A DNA stretch of 64,000 bases from Catajapyx aquilonaris (taxonomy: Eukaryota), in the NCBI GenBank assembly GCA_000934665.2, contig KZ538187.1, positions 1 through 64,000 on the forward strand, read 5' to 3'. Both the position numbers and the translations under genes were made by a program. Below the pieces are notes generated by a model. That model was not told the DNA's origin. It was given only the letters and a program-made list of their open reading frames with translations, and did no database searches. Shown piece by piece: positions 1 through 11,350 of the stretch; position 1 is the stretch's first letter, and the number at the start of each line of letters is the position of its first letter.

Positions 1-1595
1 GTGCCCGTCACAGCGAGAGGAAGAGGAGTCAAACTGGCGGGACGGACCTCGACCTGCTCCCAACTCGCTGGGAGGGGAAGGGTAGAGCGCGCTCTTAACA
101 GAGGTTGTCATCAGCACTGCGCCAAATGAATAATGCAGAGGCGGTAATGCACAGTAGTGTATACGAATTTGTAATTGTGCAGCCTACAATATATGCCATG
201 CAAAAAATTGAATTCTTGACTAAATAAACCATCAAAGTACTTGTTCATTCACTATTTAACAATGACATTGGCGGTTTATTCGAGAATCATGTCTGGGTTA
301 CAGGGCTACACCTTTGTTGCATTATTGTGACCTCATTTGAATGTAGGAGCTTCTCATAAAACATCTGTGACCAATCAGATATTGCATAATTCATTCAATA
401 AAGCATTCGCATAAAATCATAAAAGCAGTCTTGAAAAAATTAGTTTTCTTAGTAAAATGTCCAATTTCTGAGAAGAAAAAATATTGATAGAAACTGTATT
501 TGCAGACCTCCACCACGGATATTCTTTGGCATTTCAATAACGTTTTAATAAGCTTATATCACAAAACAGCGCGAGCGGCTCGTAACAAGCAAACTGATCT
601 TTCTCAATTATGAGCCATTATTCGGATGTTGTACAGTACTATTGACGTGAGTACACACTTTTATTCATGGCATCATCTCACCCTGTCCATTCCTGTCCTT
701 CCCGTAATGATCCCCAGTTGGTTGCCAGGCAACAGAAAATGCTGCTTCAGTACACAGATCCGATATGTCTTGTCCATATATAGATCCTTCTTAGTGACCC
801 GCCCCCATAATGCAGCAATCGGCCTTCAGCAAGCAAAAATGACTATTTATTTATGTTCACTCTTGCAGATGTCTCTCCTATATAGGCGTCATTTTTTTCT
901 CCAAGTAAACCTATGCGTTGTACGCATCCATCCGGGAGTCCTGCCCTCGCCCTTTGACACGTGCGCTGCTTCCCACGCTCGCCACCTAACCAGCACAAAT
1001 CCGGATGCAGACAAAACACATTAACTGTCGGTATAAGCGCTCCTTGTTGGAAACAATCATCATCAGTATAATATTTTTGCAATAGTTTCAGTCTAATGCG
1101 CTTGGAAATTTGACTTACCTGAGGTCACTCTATGACAACCTTTGTTTAGATATCATGTAATCTTTTGCAAACGTACCAATTTGTCTTCAATAATTTGCTC
1201 AACCCATAGTCCCAACTATTATAATGAGATCTTTCATTAGAGGTAAGGGATATATCCTACGCCTCAGTTCCCTAATTTGAAAATCGACTTATTGATGCTG
1301 ATTCATAGCCTGTTACATAAAAATCAACGAACAAAAATTATTCAACTTTTCTTGCTCTCCGTTGTACTTACTTTATTTCGGTGATGGAAGGACAGCAGTC
1401 TCCAACCTCAAAAGTCCTGAGAAGCGGACGAAAGACTTAGGAAGCCATGGGAATTGTGAAGTAAATGTTGGTTGCCAGGAGACCCCATCTCCAGGTAGTC
1501 ATCAGTAAAGTTGCGTCCTGCACTTTTTGCGCACTTTGATGGAAACGTAACATCTCGTGTGTCTCAACCTGATTCGTTACTCGCCCAGTCCCCCT

Positions 1596-1605
<10 letters not shown>

Positions 1606-1661
<56 letters not shown>
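1606..1661. repeat. (TC)n microsatellite
   Basis: Uninterrupted run of ct/tc dinucleotides. Confidence 0.95.
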
Positions 1662-1663
<2 letters not shown>

Positions 1664-2441
1664 TTTTTGATGACACGTAATGAATCCCGTGGCTTCGTTA
1701 ATTCCGTAACTAAATTGACATCTGATGCCAAGCAAAATAAATTTTCCTTCGTAATATTGGGGAAACTTATCGGTTCAATCGTAAAGTTACACGGGCTTAT
1801 ATCGATTAAAGGGGAAATGAGGTTGTTCCACTTCCTTCAGACGGATTATGCAAATTAACTTCTTGCAAGTTTTTTTAAATTTAAATCCTATACTAAGCAT
1901 TCCTTTGCAAAGTTGGTCAATAATTGCATTTAAGAGGCTAGGTTGCACTGTATAAGAATCTTGGTATGCAAATAAATAGCAATTAGCCTACTAAAGAATA
2001 GATTTAACAGGAATATGAAGATCATTAAGGAAAGAAAAATACTATAATTATTATGTGAAGTTGTTGATAAATGATAATGAAACCAAGGGATTAGGCCTAT
2101 TTATCCTCGTGATTTGTATTTACTCTGGTGTTTTACTGCAACACACAGAAAGTTAAGGTTTTATGCATTGGTTTTATGTTATACAGTACATTACTATTCA
2201 GATTCACGCATTACAGTTTATTAAACATGGGGTGTGGATTCAGGCTGGATAATGCACGAAATTTACATTCCATCTTCTTGACAGTTAGCAGGAAGCAATC
2301 TTCAGTGAAATATCTTAAATCGCACGCATACACAACACAACCAGGTTTACCACAATTACATTAAAATCAAATGTCTTGTGCAGCAATGCAGTAGTCTTTA
2401 AAACGTACATAAACATACGTAACCCAAAAACGCTTGCAGCT

Positions 2442-2553
2442 CGGTAATTCTCTGGGATACTCTATACGAGTATCCCAGAGAATTACCGTTTATATGTAGG
2501 ACGCAAGAGAAAATTCTATATATAGAATTTTCTCTTGCGTCCTACATATAAAC
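2442..2553. repeat. Two adjoining perfect inverted repeats (21-bp stem with 5-nt loop; 66-bp loopless palindrome)
   Basis: cggtaattctctgggatactc-tatac-gagtatcccagagaattaccg (2442-2488). gtttatatgtaggacgcaagagaaaattctata|tatagaattttctcttgcgtcctacatataaac (2488-2553). Confidence 0.95.
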
Positions 2554-2560
2554 CTCTTAA

Positions 2561-4410
2561 AGGTCTGAACTCATAACGACTTGAAACTACGACTTGTGCG
2601 TCAAAGTCCGACTTGTGCGTGTGCGTTTCCATGGCCTTGTTTGCTTGGGAAATAGGGCTGTTTCCATATCGACTTGTGCGTCAAAGTCGTACTTGTGCGT
2701 CAAAGTCGAACTTATGCGTGTTCGAATCCATCCCGCCGCGCCGGCTGCGCATGCGCGTGCAGTTCCATCCCCGAGGGCGCATGCGCAGTATGTCGTGCAG
2801 TACGATAATCGAAAAGTGCCAACAATCGAATGTCAACAATTATTATATTGACCACGTTCCAGTTTCGTACCTTTAGCGGCGCAATCAGGCATCATGTCAA
2901 AATGTCTTGCGAAATGCGATCATGCGCGGGAGTCTTGTATTACCTGCCCCGTTATTGTGGATGGGCTCTGCCTGTCCGCATCTGGTGGTCTGGGCGTCTG
3001 GCCCCGGGGCAGATCATCCTGTTGTTGTTTTTTTAATGTGAGGAGGGACCTGCCTTCCCTTTCCGTGTGTCTGAAGTCAATCGGCCTCATGGCAGCCTGC
3101 CCCTTGAGTGAATTTTGAGTCGATTGCGACATGCTCTCTATTACCCGCCCATTGTGAATGGGCTCTTCTCTAGCACGTGTGGTGGTCTGGTTGTGTGGAG
3201 GTCTGGATACGGGGCAGACCAGCCCGATATTTTTTGAGGAGTGATGAAGACAAGGGACTACTATTAATTGGCTATTGGGTTTTCATTGGATTATTTTTTG
3301 AAATGTTTAATGAAACTTTCTTTGGTAATGACACTACATCTATATGTAACACTCTTCTTGTCCATGAAATTTCATCGCTATTACCATGTTCCTTAGGTCA
3401 CTCGTAAATCACAATAATGAGCATTATTCCGTTTGTCTGAACTTAATTTTTGACCTCGGGGCAGTCAAAAAACCATTATTTCTCAAAATAGTTGGGCCAT
3501 TCTGAATCAAGAGAGCGCAAGAATGTTCCTCGACCATCTCGGATTTCGCAGGAAACAAATCACGGCAGTACAGAACTATGACATAACGCTGCATATCAAG
3601 TTTCAGTCATATTGCGAAAGACTACCGTGGTGGCGTGGTCAGGCGTCAGGGGGCGCGCCCGAGATTTTGGAAGGAGGTGAAAATGAGGCCTTTTTAGGGG
3701 AATTTTTATTCGTTGGTGGAAGTGGTCAAAGAAAGGAAGAAAGGAAGACGAGAAAAACGCAACTTTGTAATAGGCCTACTGTTGGATTTTCCGTGAAAGA
3801 TGATCAGCAGCCTCTTGGGTCAGGCCCCATCCACAATGGGCAGGCAATACGAGACTCCAGTGGATGATAGCATTTCTGTTCTCTTTGACGGCCCGCCAGA
3901 TTTCGCCTCTATACAGGCGGGAAACTTGAAATTGGTCAATTGGCAGGGGTGCCATAAGAAGGGGGCAGTGGGCGTGGCGTGCAGGGGAGACCCACGTGAC
4001 CACAGACGAGGACTGTGATTGGTTACCGGTCGTGCTTGATGCATGTGCTTGCGCGTAGGATCTACCTTGAACAGATCGAAAACGCATGCACAAGGGGCCA
4101 ACAGATGCGCGCGCTGAATGTCAACAAGAGCCCACAACGCGTAGCAACGGTGTTGCCTCGAATTGTTGCATATCGATCGACCTGGGGCAGGCCTGGAGCC
4201 CAAACGCATCAGGGTGCCAACAGTTGCGCGCGGTGAATGGCAACCACGGACAACCACGGTCAACCAATATCAACAAGAGGCCTCAACGCATGCAGAAACG
4301 GCGTTCCAACGCACGCAAAAGTACGAATTTCACGCACAAGTCGGACTTTGACGCACAAGTCGGACTTTGACTCACAAGTCGTAGTTTCAAGTCGTTATGA
4401 GTTCAGGCCT
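2561..4410. mobile_element. Non-autonomous TIR DNA transposon with TTAA target duplication (Kolobok-like)
   Basis: ttaa|aggtctgaactcataacgacttgaaactacgacttgtg ... cacaagtcgtagtttcaagtcgttatgagttcaggcct|ttaa. Subterminal repeats of cgacttgtgcgtcaaagtc occur at both ends. Purine-purine termini. No transposase ORF. Confidence 0.8.
2929..3858. mobile_element. Nested element bounded by ~40-bp inverted repeats
   Basis: ggagtcttgtattacctgcccc..attgtggatgggctctg (2929-2970) pairs with caggccccatccacaatgggcaggcaatacgagactcc (3821-3858). The left end is partly duplicated near 3139-3220. Confidence 0.55.
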
Positions 4411-4444
4411 TTAATCTCTTTCCTAGCAAAGCCAATCAATCTAC

Positions 4445-4620
4445 TAAAGTCAGGATAAAGGTACGTGGATTGCATTGTTGGTTGCCAGTTGTGCCAACTT
4501 CAACTGCCAACTGTGCCAACTCATCCTTTACTGACTGTCAACAATCTGTTAATTCGCACAACTGGAAACCAACAATTCAATCCAATGCCCTACGTGTATC
4601 CTGACTTTAGAGTCACCCTG
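4445..4620. mobile_element. MITE (Tc1/mariner-like, CAGGGTG terminus), left end degraded
   Basis: Palindromic structure ending tatcctgactttagagtcaccctg|ta. Clearly similar to the copy at 38619-38807. Confidence 0.7.
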
Positions 4621-5111
4621 TACATCGATTTTTATATCATGTTTTCTTGAGTTTTTCAACCATGTTGGAAACTCTTATAGCTATGTGTTACAACAAAATC
4701 CGTTATCAGTCATCCATTAATGCAACATCTAAACATGCACATCAGTACAACGATGCTCACTTGCGAGTATTGTGGATGGGATAACGTAAGCCCACGAAAT
4801 AGAATGCATCACAAGATGCAAATGACGTAGGCCAATTAAATGGAATAGAAACTCCAAAATAATGTGCATAAAATGTTACTTTGGGGACAAGGGTTTGCCC
4901 TGAAATTACGTCCGGTATAAGAATGACTCTGTGTGCAGCAGCCAACTTTACAATGCATTGTGAGAAATCAAACCTGAATTGTTTTCGCAGCACATAAATA
5001 GCGTCGTGCGATGCATATACAATGTGCAGTAAAATGTGAAGAACATCTCTGACAATATAATTACTAACATCGAATTAAAAGACGCTTCCATAGTCCCCAT
5101 CCTAATACTTG

Positions 5112-8100
5112 TTAATACGGCATCCCATCATCCAAGTCTCTCAGATAAGTCGGATGGTTGTTTTCCATAAACCCTGGAGTCTCCAACTCAACAGCTCTTC
5201 CGACACCTCCTTCCTTTCCAGTCAGCCAGTACGTGTCCATCATGCCTTTGCCCTGAAACAGAAATATTTCTGTGAGCTATTCATATATTTCCAGATTCTG
5301 TAACATAAATTAACACTGAATCACACAAATCCGAAATAGTCACAAAATAATAATTCGTCTTTGAACATTGTAAGTAGCCTACAATCCAAATCAGAGAATG
5401 CATTTCCGCCTTGGTGTATGCGCATAAAACAGGATCACAATCTGCTGTAATTAACAACCGAGAGGGTGACAACGGGCATGTGGGAAGCCAGCATGTTACG
5501 CATTTTTCACTGCTCCGTTTTTAATAGTCCGAGCTTAATCTAATAATTTTGCGCTGTCCCTTTGTCCCATAACTCTGCGTACACACTAGTACGGAGTAAC
5601 TAATCGCCATAAGCCTGGAAAGCGGCATTAATTTAAGAGGCCATCCTGCTCCCTTGTTAATTATGCCAGTATATGTACAGCACAAACCTTGACTTCAATC
5701 ATGCCACGATGTTCCGTCTTAAAGGATCCAACCTTGTCCAAAGCCACCTTCATTTCTAAGCTGATGTGAATCTTCAAAGCTGGAAATAATGGGGAAAAAA
5801 TATTGGACACTTGGATCAGATTTTATAGTGTCCGAATCTTACGTTCCCCGGTTGTCTCCATGCGTGATGCCGTGTTGACCGTGTCTCCGAAGAGGCAGTA
5901 CCGTGGCATTTTGGTGCCAACAATGCCTGCGACCACAGGTCCGGTGTGGATGCCGATTCGTATCTGGAGACGCTCTCGAGGACGGTGAGGGATCTTGAAG
6001 ATGACCGATCCGGAGAGGAGGTCAAGGGCCATTGTGGCTACTTCGTTCACGTGCTGAGATCCTAACGGGAAGGTCAAAGGTCAGGGCAGGGTTGCTGACT
6101 CACAACCGAACGTACCGTTCTTGACTGGTAGGCCCGAAGCGACCATATATGAGTCGCCGATTGTCTCCACTTTGTACACGTCGTATCGCTCGATCCGGGC
6201 GTCAAACATCTTGTAAATTGAATTGAGAAAGGTCACCACCTGTGGGAGACATGTCATTATAATGAAGATCTGCCAGATTGACGTACTCTTCGCAGAGAGG
6301 TCATGCACCTTACCTCCAGGGGAGTGCTTTCAGCAGCAATTTCTGTGAATCCCACAATGTCGCTGAAGTAAACTGTCACTCCTTCGTACAACTCAGCAGA
6401 CACCTGTGGCATATCAGTTACAAGTAAACGTGTGCAGTTTCAAACTGAACATGCTATTCAAAAATTTAAATAATGCTTTCTGATGCCGTCTGTATGGAAC
6501 AGCACATAACTCGCACTAGCAAAGCTCATATTATAGTCTAACTTAGGGAGTATGTGGACATTATGAATAATTTGGCAAGATATCCGCAGAATAATTGTGC
6601 GTCAAATTCATGGAAGTGCCTTGGTCTCAGTATTTTTGCAAATTACAAAGCATATTTCAAAATGCATTAGTCCGAATGCATTACTGTTTTCATCCTCTAC
6701 AATCTACATGTTGCGTAGTTTTAACGTACCGGTAGGCCTACAGCAATTTTAAATATTAATCAACTGGAGTGACCACAGGGCAGTTCAAAATGCATCTCAT
6801 GGAGTTTGTTATTCAACACCTGTGAGTATAGAACAACTATACATTTGAAGTCAACAGTAAAACAAATTTGCCGTTGTGGTTAGTACGCTAATGAAAAAAC
6901 AGATGGCCACAAGTAACGTCAAATCCAATAATTTGTTGCAGTAACTCGACCTGTTTCGCAAAGTTTATTATAAATGAGTTCTACATATTTATTGTATTTT
7001 TACATCTCACATTAAAATCATATAATGTATATATTTTTTGGCCAACCTTCAGACCTGACCACTTTCGTTATTGACAACAGTAACTTCTGGAGCAATAGTA
7101 TATATCTTCCGCATAAACTAAGCTATACGCCAACTAATCCTATCCAGCAATTGAGTCCGCCCTTCCAGACAACAGGAAGTCTATTGGTAAGTGGAAGAAA
7201 CGCACCGTGGAGTGAACCCTATATATGAACCCAGCAATGTGTTCCGGCTTTCGTCTCCCCCCCCCCCCCNACACATTTGGTGGTGTGCCCTGGTCGTAAA
7301 GGACATTCGCCCAGCTGCAGAACCCCCCATTTGATAGCAACGTAGTTTACTCCCCCATGTTTGCAGAGCATTCCACGCAACCCCCCCTAAGCATTTTTTT
7401 TTTTCTTTTTCTTAATTACCACATAGAGTTACCTGTTTCTTTTGCTTGAGCTGCTGCGCCACGCTGGGGGGCAGCATTTGGAACAGGAGACGGTCGCTCT
7501 TGCGTTTTTCACGCTTCAGCTCCTGGGCCTTGATTATCAGGTTGCCTGCAAACATCTGCATGAGGCAACAGTCAGGAATTAGTCAAAGGATGCCGCTCAG
7601 ACGCTGTCAGCATTTTCCTTTCGAAAATCGATGGAATATAAAAAAATATCGAATTGCATCAAAAATCGAACAGCTAATATCTCAATGTGTACCTGAATCG
7701 TTGCGGTTGCGTTTCTGACCAGGGCTATAATGATCGGAGATATCACCAGAACTATCACCAACACTGCGATACCAACAGCCTGCTGAGTGTCTGCTTCTTC
7801 CAGCCGCAATTCCACCACATCTCTGCAATTATTAAGCAATAATTAATTCAATTTTATTAATAAACAACGATGTAGATTACCTGATGCGATATCTCAATTT
7901 GAACTGCATTTTTCTGAGTTCGTCCACGTATGAGGCCATGGCATCGAAGTATCCGATGGCATCCTCCACACTTGGAAGCTGCTGTTTGTTGGCCAAGATT
8001 TGCTCCCGTGTGGTCTTGATGGCTCCGTAGTCCTCCAGGTCCTCCTTCAGGATATCGTAGTCTGTCTTCAGGCTGGCCACAAAGTCCATGGAGCTGTTCA

Positions 8101-9764
8101 GATAGTCCACACCCAACGCGTCGTGTCGGATATAACGGATGTGGTTCTTTGGTCCGAGCTTGCCTCGTCCGAAGTAATTTATCCCATACACGACCGATAT
8201 CCCAATGTTTTCGATGCTTCGAAGCAGGTTCTTATACGCAATCAGGTACCTGAAAGACAAAAAATGTGCAAATTTCGATGTGGCATGTGGCATGTGACAT
8301 GTGACATGTGACACAAGTGAATTTTAAAATATCTAAAAATACTTTACCTCCATACATTTGGACTGTTTGTCTCCTTGATTTCGTTAGTTAAGTGTTCCAA
8401 CATAACGTCGTTCAAGTAGTTGTACCACTTCATAACCTCTTCGATGCTGCTGTCCTCCGAGCTGATCTTTTCCCTGCAATTATTCGACCTCATTTTAATT
8501 CCCCGTTTAACTCCTCCTTGACGGCAAATCCCAAACCGAAAATCCTCCAGTCTGATTTGAAATCTGAGTTTGGACTCGAAAATCCTCCTCCCTTCCACTC
8601 TGATCTGAGGCCAGTAGGTTATGTTGTCTAAAGCCTCATCCGTGTGAGAAAATCTCTGGGTCAGGTTGGATCTAGAAAAATGGAAGTGTAACTATGATGA
8701 AAAAAAGTTTTTTTTCCCTCTCTCACAGTCTGTTGATGTTCTCACTGAGTACTAACTTCAACTCAGAAAGTTTCCTCCATAACTTACCGCAAAGTGCTGC
8801 CGTTAGTAAACATGTAGAAGGCCACTTCTGATCTCTCGAGTTGAAGTTGAGTCACAAACTTTGCCAGATCAGTCGCTATTGTCACCTGTTGATATAACCC
8901 ATATTTTGTAATAACCTTATTAGTTATAAAGGGTATGGGGAGGAAATAATTAGCCAAAGTGGCTCGAAATTAATCTCAAAAAATGTGTACTAGCCTGCCT
9001 GTCAATATCCGCAACTTCGCTTTGGTACTGCAGGATATAATGCATGGTGACAGCATTTTGGGCAATCAGAGCCGTGATGGGAATAAACGGAAGTATGACC
9101 ATTTGGAAAAGTTGCATCCGTCGTCCGGATCGGGATGCAGGGTTCACTCTGCAGCATCCCACCTATGTGCACATAGTTTTTTTTAAAAAATCGCTTAAAA
9201 TGTATGGATAGTTACTAAACCAGCCCTTAGACACGACAACCACACGATGTATTACATACCGTCAAACGGGGTGAGATTGTGCCAGATGGGGTGAGATTGT
9301 GCCAGCACATTTTTTGAACAGTGCGCCCTACTGGCAGCAAGCGAATTTAGGCAGGTTTTACACCACATTGAGGTTGAAAATGACGAGTAAAATTCGCGTT
9401 AGGGCGCACTGTTATCCCCACAAAAAATACGCTGGCACAATCTCACCCCGTTTGATGGTATTATTTGGCTCAAAGCAATGTGCGTTCAATTATACGGAAT
9501 AAATCACCGATTGTCGCACAAAACCATTCAATTAAGCACCCCACCAGCTAAAACCGGATCGATTTTCATTCCTGCGAACTTGGGTTGTAAATTGGGTTTT
9601 TATTTTTATTTTCTTACCTTGAGGCCCACATAAGAGGTATCCTCCGATCCGATGGAGCATCTGCTGTTCATGGAGATGCAATCCTCCATGTCGTCTCCTC
9701 CTGTCTTGGACGTGCTTTGAATCGGGCACGCCACTTTCTTACGGAAACTAGCATCTCCTGGCAT
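5112..9764 (-). CDS. NIT-domain-containing transmembrane guanylate cyclase (NIT-GC)
   Basis: Exons approx 9764-9618, 9162-8995, 8885-8788, 8671-8537, 8473-8348, 8249-7881, 7822-7693, 7555-7433, 6403-6314, 6239-6116, 6061-5843, 5779-5688, 5252-5112. Cyclase motifs [24 protein letters not shown] (GTP-specifying E), [37 protein letters not shown]. Two hydrophobic helices flank a helical region containing LQLER. No kinase-homology domain. Confidence 0.9.
9259..9458. mobile_element. 200-bp MITE with TA target duplication (Tc1/mariner-pogo type), in a NIT-GC intron
   Basis: ta|ccgtcaaacggggtgagattgtgccag ... ctggcacaatctcaccccgtttgatgg|ta. Confidence 0.85.
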
Positions 9765-10257
9765 TTGGGATCAGACACGTGCAGCTTCAGAGTGGACCAC
9801 CTAAAAAAAACACACACAATTTTTTTTACAAAACCAGTTTTCCAATAATTTCGTTCTAAATATTATCTTTGAACAACTTACTGTTGTCTGCTAGCACAGC
9901 CCTTTTTGTGTGATGTCTTCCTCCTTGTGTTTCTCCCTTAGGATTGCTACCTTTCCGAGGGTGAGTCAACAGGTGAGTCGTCGGTTGCCTGGGAGACCAA
10001 TGTGCGGCGCCGATTTGAGAGATTCATTGCCGCTTGCTTTGCTGGTCTAGGGTGTTTCAAAGAGTGGCCCACCGATTTTAATGGGGTTTGCTCGGAAAGC
10101 CTGCTTTGTTTACACGTGCATCCATTCCAACTCGATTTCCTTCCAAGGAGCAAAGTCTAAAGTTCAAGGAGGGGGGTTTAATAATTTGGTCATTATGGTC
10201 TCGATTAGAGGGAGGGAAATGGCGGTTTGGAGTACATATGGTGATGAATAGTATACA

Positions 10258-10355
10258 CAGGGTGACCCAACACACTTGGGTTATTAATTGTATTGTATTG
10301 TTGGCAACTAACAATACAATTACTTATAATGTGTCCGAAATTTTGGGGCACCCTG
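10258..10355. mobile_element. Short degenerate CAGGGTG-ended MITE
   Basis: cagggtgacccaa ... ttggggcaccctg|ta. Confidence 0.45.
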
Positions 10356-10679
10356 TAGTTTAGATTTGGTGAAATGTTGCAACAAACATTGTTATTGAAT
10401 TTTACAGCATTTTAAAATTATCGCAGCTGTTATTGGCTCAAACTCGTTGAAATCGGCTTCGATGTGTACTGAATTGTTATTCTACAATTAATCACTTCTG
10501 ATGTACATCTCTGACAGTTATAATTAATTACTGTCCAGACTACAACGAGGGGGCACGATTTTATATTTTTAAAAAAACCTTTGACAATGGTTTTATTGAC
10601 GTGATACTACTCTAAATAATAATTAAGTTGACATGTGTACAGAATCCCACACACACGTAATTTAAATCCAACCGCCCCA

Positions 10680-11070
10680 TTTATCTATTTCATATTTCGC
10701 AATTAAAATTTTCACAAATTTAAATTGTATTTAATTTGTCATATCTTTACTTTTAATTTGCCACATGTTTAATTTTTAATTTTTCGTATTTTTTAATTTT
10801 TAATTTTTAATTTTTAAAATTGTAAATGTTTCATATTTTTAATTTTAGATTTTTCACATGTAAAAATATATTTAAATATGTCATGTCATATTTTTAATTA
10901 ATTCAAATATTTCATATTTTAATTTGATTTAAATTTTCCATATTTCATATCTTTCATTTATTTAAATTTAATATACTGTAAATTTATTTAAATGTTATAT
11001 AGGCCTACTGTAAATTTATTGAAATGTTATAGGCCTATAGGCCTACTGTAAATTTTTATATATATTAGCT
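10680..11070. repeat. AT-rich low-complexity tract with short repeats
   Basis: Repeated tttttaa/catattttta units and repeated taggcctactgtaaattt. Confidence 0.75.
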
Positions 11071-11350
11071 TATGTTCAAAAGAGCATTTTAGTGTAAGAA
11101 GTGCATCGTTGAACATGATCCATACCTAACACCCATTGATTATGATTATGTCTCAGATTATGTGTCTGTACAGTCTGGATATGTTGGATTCAAGATGTCC
11201 GCCCCCAGTGTGCAAATTTGTGCGAATCGACCAAACCCACACCAAACCACAAGGTCAAGAAGTGAGAATCGCCTCCCGCAATAAGCACGTGTCCTTCTGT
11301 CGTCCTTGCAAAGTACTCAGGTGTTAATTAGTAATTAGCAAATTGTTCAA

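Noticed and set aside
1..1120. ORFs 626-1024 (+), 843-1082 (-) and the GC-rich first 120 bp
   Set aside because: No recognisable motif or consistent exon chain. They could belong to a gene outside the window but cannot be supported.
1437..1858. RERERE/LSLSLS ORFs
   Set aside because: Translation of the (TC)n microsatellite.
2580..2720. Short repeats with spacers resembling a CRISPR array (also the array at 15827-16516)
   Set aside because: Eukaryotic context, no unique regular spacers and no cas genes. They are explained as TIR subrepeats and a minisatellite.
7257..7270. Poly-C run with an N
   Set aside because: Assembly ambiguity; nearby sequence should be treated cautiously.
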